Of a stretch of 64,000 bases of DNA, positions 38,604 through 48,012 are shown in pieces. The stretch is from an uncultured Lachnospiraceae bacterium (GTDB lineage Bacteria > Bacillota > Clostridia > Lachnospirales > Lachnospiraceae). The translations under genes and the position numbers were made by a program. The notes under the pieces were generated by a model. It was not told the origin of the DNA, made no database searches, and saw nothing but the letters and a program-made list of their open reading frames with translations. Position 1 is the stretch's first letter. Each line of letters opens with the position of its first letter. The stretch spans positions 4,716 to 68,715 of the forward strand of contig CAQWRG010000005.1 in NCBI GenBank assembly GCA_948909305.1, written 5' to 3'.

Positions 38604-38873
38604 ATGACGATTTCAAATTTTAGGGGAAAAGATAAAAAAAGGATGCTGCTGATTGCCGGGAGTTTAGCGGGAATTGGATTGATTCTGGCATTGGCGGCAA
38701 TCATCGCAGGAGTACGGTTTTTGGGGCCGGTTGTGTTGGATACAGTGGACTGGATTGTTCAGAATGAAAATGAAGTGAAGGGCTGCCTATTGGTTTTCGT
38801 TGGTATCCCTTGCTTTATAATTATAATGTTTCGGAAAAGAAAACGTGAAAAAGAAAGGAAAAAACAAAAGTAA
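38604..38873 (+). CDS. Anchor-only paralog of the CTLD membrane-protein family (89 aa: N-terminal motif plus TM, no lectin domain)
   Basis: MTISNFRGKDKKRMLL plus a TM helix, then a short basic tail. It looks like a truncated copy immediately upstream of a full-length paralog. Confidence 0.4.
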   Translation: MTISNFRGKDKKRMLLIAGSLAGIGLILALAAIIAGVRFLGPVVLDTVDWIVQNENEVKGCLLVFVGIPCFIIIMFRKRKREKERKKQK

Positions 38874-38922
38874 AAAATATGGAACGTTGTATATTGTTTG
38901 GAAAAAATGGTGGAAAAGAAAA

Positions 38923-39975
38923 ATGAAGTTTTCAAATTTTAGAGGAAAAGATGCAAAGAAAATATTTCTTGTAATGGCGGCAATTTCTTTTGCAGTTGCC
39001 ATTGTGGCGATAATTGCAATTAGTCAGGCAGTCCGGTTTTTTAGGCCGAAAGTGGAAGAAGTGTTTTCGGAGTTTAAAGAAACAAGGGAAAAAGAGAGAT
39101 TGGAACGGATAGAAAAGGAAGCATGGGAAAAGGAAATGGATATACCGTATTCCGCATTAGAATATAATGGACACTATTACTATGTATATGACGATGCCGA
39201 GTCGTGGGAAGATGCAGAATGGAAATGTGAGCAGCTTGGAGGGCATCTGGCAACGATGACGACGTCTTCTGAAGATAAAGCGGTTTATAAGTATGTGTCT
39301 TCTAAAGAGTATGAATATGTTTTTTTCGGATTGTATATGGATATGGAGCAAATTAGTTGGAATTGGATTATCACAGAAGGGACGGAGTATGCGAACTGGA
39401 CAGAAGGGGAGCCGGATCTTGGAAGTGACAAAGATTGTATGTATGGGTCATATTACCGTTATGATCAGTCGAAATGGAGGGCCATTTCTACTAATGACAC
39501 TTCATCTTATGTATGTGAATGGGATTCAAAAGAGCAGGGCAGGAAAAACAGAGAAAGAATTGAAGCAGATAATGAAGAAACAGGCTATTTAAATCCGATT
39601 GATCCGGTTCTTACATATAAATCGCGTCGTTATATGATTTTAGAAGGTGAAGCAACATGGGAAGAAGCAAATGAAAGATGCGAAAGTCTGGGTGGGCATC
39701 TTGCTGTGATAAATAACAAAAAAGAAAATAAAGCTCTATATAAATATATGATAGAACGAGGCTACGAGAGTGTGAATTTTGGATATACGGACCAAAAAGA
39801 AGAAGGAAAATGGGTTTGGGCAGAAGGCTATGAATCTGATTATACAAATTGGGGAAAGAATCAGCCGGATAATTTTCAGGGAGATGAAGATTATGCAGCC
39901 TTTTATGCAGATGCAAAATATAAGTGGAATGACAGCATATGGAGCGGCGTTTATTTTTGTGAGTGGGAAAAATAA
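38923..39975 (+). CDS. Type-II membrane protein with two tandem CTLDs, paralog 2
   Basis: Start was re-chosen at MKFSNFRGKDAKKIFL (38923). Two CTLD repeats: WEDAEWKCEQLGGHLAT...EPD...YVCEWD and WEEANERCESLGGHLAV...KWNDSIWSGVYFCEWE. Confidence 0.7.
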   Translation: MKFSNFRGKDAKKIFLVMAAISFAVAIVAIIAISQAVRFFRPKVEEVFSEFKETREKERLERIEKEAWEKEMDIPYSALEYNGHYYYVYDDAESWEDAEWKCEQLGGHLATMTTSSEDKAVYKYVSSKEYEYVFFGLYMDMEQISWNWIITEGTEYANWTEGEPDLGSDKDCMYGSYYRYDQSKWRAISTNDTSSYVCEWDSKEQGRKNRERIEADNEETGYLNPIDPVLTYKSRRYMILEGEATWEEANERCESLGGHLAVINNKKENKALYKYMIERGYESVNFGYTDQKEEGKWVWAEGYESDYTNWGKNQPDNFQGDEDYAAFYADAKYKWNDSIWSGVYFCEWEK

Positions 39976-40004
39976 GCAGGCTTGAAAGAAAGGGGAGAGA
40001 TCAA

Positions 40005-40595
40005 ATGTCAGATACATATGGCGTGTTTTTGGCAAGAATGCAGCCTGTCCATAATGCGCATCTGTTCTTAGTGGAGAAAGCGTTAGAGGAAAATGACAAA
40101 GTATTTATTATGCTTGGCAGTGAGAACAAACTGGACATGCTTAGAAATCCGTTTGACATCTCATTGCGGGAAAGGATGCTGCGAGAGTGTTTTGATGAAA
40201 AACAGAATAGAAGAATAAAGGTAGATACATTGCCGGATTGGTCTATGGAATCCGATTTAGAAGGCGCAAAAATCTGGGGACGATATTTTTATTATAATGT
40301 CGTGTCCAGAATCGGGCAGAAAAGATTTTCGCTGTACTATTCAGATAATCCGCAGATATTAGACAGTTGGTTTTTGGATACGGAGGTCTATTCCTTTATT
40401 AGATACCGGAATTTCGAACGAAACTGTATTTTTGAAGGCCTGTCTTCGACAAAAATCCGGAAAGCGTTTATGGAACGGGATTTGGCGTATATTATCCGCT
40501 ACTGTCCACAATCGGTTGTAAACAGGTTTGAATATTTGTCTTCTTATTATAAAGAGGTGACGGAAGATCCAAAAGAGGATTTTTCTATGGAATAA
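40005..40595 (+). CDS. NadM-type nicotinamide-nucleotide adenylyltransferase-like nucleotidyltransferase (HxGH superfamily)
   Basis: YGVFLARMQPVHNAHLFLVEKALEENDKVFIMLGSENK matches the G.F.GRFQPFH.GHL motif of archaeal/bacterial NMNAT. Start was re-chosen at 40005 (RBS AAAGGGGAGAG). Confidence 0.55.
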   Translation: MSDTYGVFLARMQPVHNAHLFLVEKALEENDKVFIMLGSENKLDMLRNPFDISLRERMLRECFDEKQNRRIKVDTLPDWSMESDLEGAKIWGRYFYYNVVSRIGQKRFSLYYSDNPQILDSWFLDTEVYSFIRYRNFERNCIFEGLSSTKIRKAFMERDLAYIIRYCPQSVVNRFEYLSSYYKEVTEDPKEDFSME

Positions 40596-40663
40596 AAGAG
40601 AAAATTTTTTATTTGCCAATGACAGAAATGATAGGAATGACAGAAAATAGATGAGGTGAAAGT

Positions 40664-41074
40664 ATGAGCGCAAAGAAAAAAGCAATTATTGCAATTATAG
40701 TTGGGGCAGTTATTGGAGCAGTTATTGGAATTTATATGATGACTTATGTAAGGCAATATGGGGAGATGATCGGAGAATCACAAACCGGGCTTACAGTACA
40801 GAGCTTTTTGATGGTTCCATGTTGTATGTTATATGCGTTTGGTTACGCATTTGGCTGGAAAAGATGCAAAGGATTTTTAGCCGGCGCTGCAAAAGTCAGC
40901 GCGGATATTAGCTTTTTCTATCTTATCGTGCATTTGATAACGGGAAAGGGAATTGGGAAAGGGCTTTTTATCGCAATGTTTGTATTTAGTTTTGCGGTTG
41001 GAGTGGTTTGGGTTCCGGGAGTTGTCTATGGGATAAAAGATTTGATGCGCGAACGCCAAGAGGCTTGCGCGTAA
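40664..41074 (+). CDS. Hypothetical integral membrane protein (4 TM)
   Basis: The sequence is mostly hydrophobic. No recognisable domain. Confidence 0.45.
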   Translation: MSAKKKAIIAIIVGAVIGAVIGIYMMTYVRQYGEMIGESQTGLTVQSFLMVPCCMLYAFGYAFGWKRCKGFLAGAAKVSADISFFYLIVHLITGKGIGKGLFIAMFVFSFAVGVVWVPGVVYGIKDLMRERQEACA

Positions 41075-41136
41075 GGAAAAGCGGCGTTGTTTTCTGTCAT
41101 TGGTGAATAAAAGAATTTTGAAAAGGCGAAACTGGC

Positions 41137-42030
41137 ATGGGAGATCGGTTATATAGGGGGAGGAAACTTTTAAACAGTGGCAAGATCCTTCAGAATAGAT
41201 ATTGTATAAAAAAAATGATTGGGCAGGGCGGTTTTGGGATTTCTTATCTTTCGGTAGATTTTGCGCAGGATAAGGATGTCGTGATTAAGGAGTATTTTCC
41301 ATATGGAAAAGCATACCGCGGTGAAACGTCTCAGGTTTTTTTCAAAAATAACAGCGGCAAATATGACATGTTTATCCATGAAGCATCTATTCTGGAAAAA
41401 TTAAAAAATATTGAGGGGATTGTTAAAATCCAGGACTTTTTTTTGGAAAATAATACGGCTTATATCGTTATGGGGCGCTGTAAGGGCATGACGTTACGCG
41501 AGATGGTTCAGAAAAATGGAAGAATGGAAGCGAAAGAATCTTATGTACTGATGGAATCCCTTCAAAAAAGTTTGGAGCAGATACATAGACATGGAATTAT
41601 CCATAGGGACATTTGTCCTGACAATATTATTGTTACAGAAGCAAAAGAAGTGGGACTGATTGATTTTGGATCTGCATTGGATTTAAACAGCCGAAAACAG
41701 CAGCTTGAAGAACCAACTTACCGAACCGGCTTTAGCCCGCCGGAACAATATGAAAAGGGAGGCATGTATGGCGTATGGACGGATATCTATGCCTTTTATG
41801 CGACATGGTATTTTTGTCTGGCAAACGCTGCGCCTCCGGGGGCGGAGGAGCGGTTGGATTGTGACGTGTTTTCCTGCCGCCTGCGTACAGAATTGGAGGA
41901 AAAAAGCGGCTTGATGGAATTACTGGAGAGAGGAATGGCTCTGGATTATAAAAAGAGAAACATTTGGAAAGGGGGTGAATGTTATGGCAATGACAAAAGA
42001 AGAAAAATTTGCTTTACAGAGTATGCTTGA
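41137..42030 (+). CDS. Hanks-type Ser/Thr protein kinase, kinase domain only
   Basis: Kinase domain: Gly-rich loop GQGGFGISY, the VIKE Lys, HRHGIIHRDICPDNII (HRD) and DFGSA (DFG). No PASTA or TM. The 3' end overlaps the RiPP precursor gene by 47 nt. Confidence 0.8.
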   Translation: MGDRLYRGRKLLNSGKILQNRYCIKKMIGQGGFGISYLSVDFAQDKDVVIKEYFPYGKAYRGETSQVFFKNNSGKYDMFIHEASILEKLKNIEGIVKIQDFFLENNTAYIVMGRCKGMTLREMVQKNGRMEAKESYVLMESLQKSLEQIHRHGIIHRDICPDNIIVTEAKEVGLIDFGSALDLNSRKQQLEEPTYRTGFSPPEQYEKGGMYGVWTDIYAFYATWYFCLANAAPPGAEERLDCDVFSCRLRTELEEKSGLMELLERGMALDYKKRNIWKGGECYGNDKRRKICFTEYA

Positions 42031-42157
42031 CGTCTGTGAAAAGAAATTCGGTGAACTTTCAATCGAAAACATCGTAATTTCCAGCGCTTGCGATTCCTGT
42101 TCCGGAAGCTGCAAAGGACATGGGATTTCTGTGTGGACAGCCTGTGATGTGAGGTAA
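41984..42157 (+). CDS. Cys-rich RiPP precursor peptide (58 aa) for the adjacent radical-SAM/SPASM enzyme
   Basis: ATG at 41984 behind AAAGGGGG. Leader-like MAMTKEEKFALQSMLDVCEKKFGELSIENIVI, then core SSACDSCSGSCKGHGISVWTACDVR. It is immediately followed by the rSAM gene. Confidence 0.55.
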   Translation: MAMTKEEKFALQSMLDVCEKKFGELSIENIVISSACDSCSGSCKGHGISVWTACDVR

Positions 42158-42238
42158 GAGGAAACGGCATTACAGAAAAATGCAGGAAAAGAGAAGTCTT
42201 TTCCTGCATATTTGCAAAGAAACGGGGGCGATAGAGGT

Positions 42239-43327
42239 ATGTTAAAAGAAGTCATGCTGATCTTGACAGAAGGCTGCAATCTGTCATGTTCTTATTGTTT
42301 TGAACATTATAAATCGGATAAGAGAATGAAATTTGAGACGGCAAAAAAGATTATCGATGCGGAAATGTCAATGGAAGACGGCGCGGACGAATGCAGGTTT
42401 ACATTGTTTGGCGGCGAGCCATTTTTAGAAAAGCAGATAATTAAAGAGATTTATGGCTATATTGAGTCGAATATGCCAAAGTGGCGAAAAAAGGCAGTTA
42501 TTTTTGTGAATACAAATGGAACATTGCTTGACGCGGAAATGAAGCAGTGGCTTAGAGAGCGGAAGGAACACATCTACTGTGGAATCAGCCTAGATGGGAC
42601 AAGAGAAATGCACAATCAGAACCGTTCGGATTCTTTTGACCGCATTGATTTGGATTTTTTTAGGGAATGCTGGCCAGGACAGAATGTGAAGATGACTGTG
42701 TCAAAAGAGACGCTTCCCAGTCTGGCAGAAGGCGTTATCTTTATCCATGAAAAAGGGTTTCCATGTGGGTGTACGTTTGCATATGGTCTGGAATGGAGCG
42801 ATGATTTAATACACGGGCTAAAAGGACAGCTTGATAAATTAGTGGCGTATTATACTGAAAATCCAAACCTTCCTTTATGCCAGATATTAAATATTGATTT
42901 GACTGGAATCCTGAAAAAACCAGACGCCGGGTTTAAGCGATGTGGGGCTGGAGAGTTGATGAAAGCGTATGACACGGAAGGAAAGTTATATCCCTGCCAT
43001 TCCTTTAGCCCGGTCGGGCTGGGAGAGGAAGCGGGGAAATTTGTGGATTATAAATTGCCTGCAGCGGATATTCACGAAGAAAAACGCTGCGTGGAATGTA
43101 AGTATCATTTTGTCTGCCCGACTTGTTACGGGGTGAATTATATTTATACAGGCTCTGTTTCGAACAGAAGCAAGTGGCTGTGTGAATTTTTCAAATTATG
43201 TGTACAAGCGTCGGCGGTGATTCAATTACGAAGGCTTGAGACAAAGGGGGCAGAGAGATTAGACCAACATGATTATGGGACGCTTCTGGCGATACAGTCT
43301 TGTATTCAGGGGGAAAGCATTTCATAA
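42239..43327 (+). CDS. Radical SAM peptide maturase with a SPASM domain (sactipeptide/ranthipeptide-type)
   Basis: CxxxCxxC as TEGCNLSCSYC. C-terminal auxiliary-cluster cysteines CGAGE...C.......CVECKYHFVCPTCYG. Start was re-chosen at 42239. Confidence 0.7.
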   Translation: MLKEVMLILTEGCNLSCSYCFEHYKSDKRMKFETAKKIIDAEMSMEDGADECRFTLFGGEPFLEKQIIKEIYGYIESNMPKWRKKAVIFVNTNGTLLDAEMKQWLRERKEHIYCGISLDGTREMHNQNRSDSFDRIDLDFFRECWPGQNVKMTVSKETLPSLAEGVIFIHEKGFPCGCTFAYGLEWSDDLIHGLKGQLDKLVAYYTENPNLPLCQILNIDLTGILKKPDAGFKRCGAGELMKAYDTEGKLYPCHSFSPVGLGEEAGKFVDYKLPAADIHEEKRCVECKYHFVCPTCYGVNYIYTGSVSNRSKWLCEFFKLCVQASAVIQLRRLETKGAERLDQHDYGTLLAIQSCIQGESIS

Positions 43328-43344
43328 AATAGGGGGAGAAACAC

Positions 43345-44744
43345 ATGAATCTCATTTATTCCAGACAGGAAATGGAGAAAATCTGTAGGATAATTCTTAA
43401 CTACTGCGAAAAAATACTCAGGGACAACTACGGGGAGGTTTATAAGTGGAGTTTTGGGGAAGAAGTTCCTGTGAAAGTTATAGAGGGCGCGTTGTATAAA
43501 ATCGGAAATGTAAAATATAAATATCCATCTCTAAAAAAAGAAGATATTTTTATTATTGTATCTTCAAGTAACGGCAAAGAAGGAATGGTATTTGGCTTTG
43601 ATGGTATCTATTATAAAGCGGGCGCCTTCCATGAAGCGCAATTTGAGAAGTATGAGGATTGCATCAGTGTAGATTCGTTTACAGATCTGGGCACAGACGC
43701 TAATTATATTTTTAATACGGGCGCAGTTAATGAAATGTTTGCGCAGATACAAAGCGCGCTTCATGGAGATATTCCTGTTAAAGTGAAGAATTATAGCCAG
43801 ACAAAGAGCGATTATGGAAAACATATTGAGAATCCTAAGATTCAGGAAGCGTTTTTGCGTTTTTTAGAAAAAGAGGAGAAAAAGTCAAATGAAGCGGCGC
43901 GGCATTATTGGGAAGAAGCATTTCAACTGACGGATACGGATAAAAAAATAAAGCTTTTATTACTGGGAGTAAAGGAAGGGGATGCTTTAAGTTCGCAGGA
44001 ATTGGGCGAGATGTATATAAAAGGGGAAGAAGTTCCAAAGGACTTAAAAAAGCGGAAGAATATCTCCGGTTTCCTGCAGAATGCGGCTATTCAGAATCCA
44101 TGTATTTTTTTGGCCTGATTTGTATGCAGAAAGGCGATAAAGAAGATTGTTTGGACTGGCTGTGCAAAGCTGCCGTTAAAGGAGATGGAAATGCCTTTAT
44201 GACGCTTGCCAAATATGCGGCAGAGGATACGGATAAAGATTTGATAGAAGCGCGTTTATCAGTATATTTCCGGGAAGTATGCGAGAACGAACAGAATGAT
44301 TATAAAACCAACCGTTTCCTTGGCTGGTGCTATATGACGGGTATTTGCTGCGCGCAAAATTTTGGGCTGGCAAAAATGTATTGGAAAGCCGGAGCGGATC
44401 AGGATGACGTCCGGTGTAAGGTTTATTTGGATATTTGTGGGTTAAACAGAAATGGGGAAGCGTTACAGGCGAAAACTGCGGAAACGGCATCTTCTGATTT
44501 AGAGAGTGCAGAGGAGAATGTTCAGGGCTTTGGGCAGGAAAGAGAAGCAGAGGAGAATAGAGTAAATGGAAAAGCAGTGGCGGCGGTAGTTTTAGGCGTG
44601 TTGTCTTTTCGGGGAGTTTTATGGATGGCTGTTCTTGGATTGATTCTGGGCGTGAGAGCCAGAAAGGAGCAGGGAGGGGCTTTGGCGCTTGTGGGTATTA
44701 TATTGAATACAGCAGTTCTAATGCTTTTTATATTCGCTCTTTAA
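43345..44744 (+). pseudogene. Sel1/TPR-repeat membrane-anchored protein interrupted by a -1 frameshift at a T7 tract (44105-44111)
   Basis: ORFs 43345..44118 and 44100..44744 overlap at a run of seven T. Inserting one T fuses them in frame (..NPCIFFGLICMQKGDKE..). Sel1 repeats span the junction, and a C-terminal TM pair follows. Confidence 0.6.
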
Positions 44745-44774
44745 GCGGCTGGCGCTTGGAATAAAGTAAGGAGA

Positions 44775-45821
44775 ATGAGGTTGAAGTTATCAAATTACAG
44801 AAAACAGGATATGAAAAAAATGCTGCTTGCGATGGCGGTATTTGCCGCAGTGGCGGCGGCAGTGATTGCGGCGGGGGTCCGCTATGGGATAAAAAAATTG
44901 AAACCGAAAGTGGAAACTGCATTAGCGGAATCAAAAGAGCAAAAAGCAGAGCAGAAGCGCATGGAAGAAGCAAAACAGCAATCGGAGGCAGAACAGCAGA
45001 GCCAAAAGGAAGATGAGTGGGAAACTAAACAGGAAAACAAACAGAATGAAACGGAAAGCCTCCATATACCTACGGATTGTTTCGAATATAAGGGGCACAG
45101 CTATTATTATTTTGAACAGGCTGGCGGCATTACATGGGAGGAGGCGAAAGAAAAATGTGAAGAAAGAGGAGGGCATTTGCTTACCATTGCCTCCAAAAAA
45201 GAACAGAAAGCAGTCTATGGATATATCAATCAATATGTGGGATTTGACTGTGATCTTTGGATAGGCATTCGGGAGCCATGGGAAACATGGGTGACGGGAG
45301 AGCCTGTTTCTTATACGAATTGGGGAGAAGGGGAGCCTGATGGAAGTTATGGACAGTGCTACGGGGCAATCTGTAATGGAGAAAGGAGCGGGTATGGTTA
45401 TCGGATTGATGAAGGGCAGTGGGACGACCTTGGGAATGATGATGAAACAGTAAGCAGGGGCGGATATATCTGTGAATGGGATACGACAGTGGAAGGAAGC
45501 CAGCCTGTGAAAGTGACGAAAGAAACAAAACGGCAGGAAAAAGAGAAAGATTATATAATTCCGGACAGTGGCGCACGGTATCTGGACAGATCGGATATAG
45601 AGGGGTTAGGAAAAGAGGAGCTTCGTTTGGCTAGGAATGAAGTCTATGCGAGGTATGGGCGGTTGTTTGATGATGAAGCGCTGCAAAATTATTTTGATGA
45701 AAAAGATTGGTATCATGGTTCTATTAAGCCGGAAGATTTTAAAGACAGCTTGTTAAATGAATATGAGAAGCAGAATTTGTATCTGATTCTCGATTATGAG
45801 GAAGAAATGGGTTATCGGTAG
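44775..45821 (+). CDS. Type-II membrane protein with a CTLD and a C-terminal YARHG domain, paralog 3
   Basis: MRLKLSNYRKQDMKKMLL plus TM, a Q/E/K-rich stalk, the CTLD (WEEAKEKCEERGGHLLT...EPD...YICEWD) and a YARHG motif NEVYARYGRLFDD. Confidence 0.7.
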   Translation: MRLKLSNYRKQDMKKMLLAMAVFAAVAAAVIAAGVRYGIKKLKPKVETALAESKEQKAEQKRMEEAKQQSEAEQQSQKEDEWETKQENKQNETESLHIPTDCFEYKGHSYYYFEQAGGITWEEAKEKCEERGGHLLTIASKKEQKAVYGYINQYVGFDCDLWIGIREPWETWVTGEPVSYTNWGEGEPDGSYGQCYGAICNGERSGYGYRIDEGQWDDLGNDDETVSRGGYICEWDTTVEGSQPVKVTKETKRQEKEKDYIIPDSGARYLDRSDIEGLGKEELRLARNEVYARYGRLFDDEALQNYFDEKDWYHGSIKPEDFKDSLLNEYEKQNLYLILDYEEEMGYR

Positions 45822-45837
45822 AAAGGGGAAAGTGATT

Positions 45838-47988
45838 ATGAAAAAAAGGATATTATTTGTTGCGTTGCTTGCGGTTCTTATGTTTTTTTCTGGGACAGAG
45901 ATGGTGAATGCAGAGGAGACTGTCAGGGAAGAAACTGTGGAAATGGCGAAAGGAAACGGCGTATTTGGTTTTTGGCAATATAAAGAAGGAGATTATTCCA
46001 ATATTGTTATAACAAAATATACAGGAGTAGAAGAAAATGTAGTGATTCCAAGCATGATAGCCGGAAAAAAAGTAACGGCGATTGGTAATTGGGCTTTTGA
46101 ATATAATGATTGGGTGATATCTGTTAATATACCGGATACGGTTACAAGTATCGGTTACGGTAGTTTTCAGAGCTGCGGAAATCTGACAGCTATTTATGGA
46201 ATGAAAAATGTAGTGTCTATAAGTAGGTACGCTTTTTCTAATTGTGGAAATTTGCGAAGCGTTTCTCTTGGAACTGCGCTTACGTCAATAGGATATTATG
46301 CTTTTCAAAATTGTGTAAAGTTAAACGGCTGTGTTTTTCCGTCAACGCTTACATATTTAGGCATAGGTAGCTTTGAAAATACAGGATTAACAAGCGTCAA
46401 TGTTGCGGCATCTGTTGAAATGGACAGAAGTGCTTTTAATAATTGTCAAAATTTAGTAAGTGCATCTGTTCATACGTCTATATCCGGATATGCTTTTGCA
46501 GGTAATAAGAATCTAACGACGGTTTCCATTGGGGCAAATGCCAATATTGGTTATAACGCATTTGAGCAGTGTTCTTCATTAAAAAATGTTTCGATTGCAA
46601 ATGGCAATACCGGAATTTCAATTGGCACGGAAGCATTTAGCGGCTGTTCTAGTTTGGTAAAAGTTACACTTCCATCAAGCGTAAGGTATTTGGAAGAGTC
46701 TTCATTTGCAGGATGTACGTCTTTAAAGCAGATAGGTTTATCAAATCGTTTGTTAAAGATTGGAAGAACCGCTTTTTCTGGATGCAGTTCTCTTATAAGC
46801 GTTGCAGTTCCAAATACGGTTACACAAATTGAATATGCGGCGTTCAATAGTTGCAATGCCCTAAGCAGCATTTTGATTCCGAACAGCGTAATAAATATGC
46901 AGGATCATTATTATCAAATATGCAGTAATGAAGTGACGATAAAATGTTATGCCGGATCAGAAGCCGAAAAATATGCGTCAGCGAAAGGGAATCCCATTGT
47001 TTTATTAAAAGCAGTTCCAAGTTCCAGCATTAAATTTTCTGCGGGAACGATTTATATGAATGTAGATGATACGCGGCTGCTGACTTATGCCATTACGCCG
47101 GCGAATACAACCGACGCAGTTATATAGGAAAGTTCCAATACTGGCATTGCGGAGGTGAACAGCATTGGGGAGGTAACGGCAAAAGGAGTGGGAAGTGTTA
47201 CCATTATTGCGAAGACGACAAGCGGCAGGCGAGCTACAGTTAATATCGCAGTGTCACATAAGCCAAAAGAGATTTCATTTTTAAAATCAAGCGTTACAAT
47301 TATGGCAGGGGAATCTATGACGCAAAAAGCGGTAGTCAAAGACGATGCGGGGGTACGCAATGATATAAAACCGTCATACAGCAGTTCCAATCCCAAAGCA
47401 GCGTCTGTATCCGCATCGGGCGCAGTGTTAGGAATTGCGCCGGGAGTGGCGGTAATTACTGCAAAAACTGGAAAATTATCCGCTTCTTATAAAGTGACCG
47501 TTGTATCCAACCAGCCAAAATCAATTACATTTTCAAAAAAGAAAAAAACGCTGGTAGCCGGGCATACCTTGACGCAGAAAGCTTCCGTTATGGGTTCCCT
47601 TGGAAAAATTACAAGCTTAAAGCCAATTTACAGCAGTTCTAACCCTAAAGTGGCGTCCGTATCCCCTTCCGGGCAGATAAAAGGATTAAAGGAAGGCTCT
47701 GTGACAATTAAAGCTGTAATTGGGAAACTAAAAGCGACCTATCAAGTGCAGGTGGTAATGGCAAAAATTTCAAAAAAGGGAAAAACGTTAAAAATAACAA
47801 CAGTTCCAAACGCAAGAGTTAAAGTCAGGGCAAAGAAATCGTTCCTTGGGAAATCTTCTAAAACTGTAAAAGCAGACAAAAAAGGAAATGCAAAAATTAA
47901 GTTTAGAAAGAAGCTAAAAGGCATTACGGTCAAAGCGCAGATTAAAAAATCGGGATATAAAAAGAAAACAATAAAAAAGAAATTTTAA
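45838..47988 (+). pseudogene. Secreted BspA-type leucine-rich-repeat plus Big_2 surface protein with an in-frame TAG (47125-47127) inside a Big_2 domain
   Basis: Signal peptide MKKRILFVALLAVLMFFSG. About 14 LRRs follow (..IGNWAF..NCxNL..). ORFs 45796..47127 and 47155..47988 are in the same frame, separated only by a TAG that splits a Big_2 domain (YAITPANTTDAVI*ESSNTGIAEVNSIGEVTAKGVGSVTIIAK). Confidence 0.6.
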
Positions 47989-48012
47989 TGGAATCGCATA
48001 AAAATAAGTCAT

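Noticed and set aside
41984-42157. Identification of the Cys-rich peptide as SCIFF (six cysteines in forty-five residues).
   Set aside because: It lacks the conserved SCIFF GGCGEC..C..C signature and has different leader and core lengths. It is kept only as a generic rSAM-RiPP precursor.
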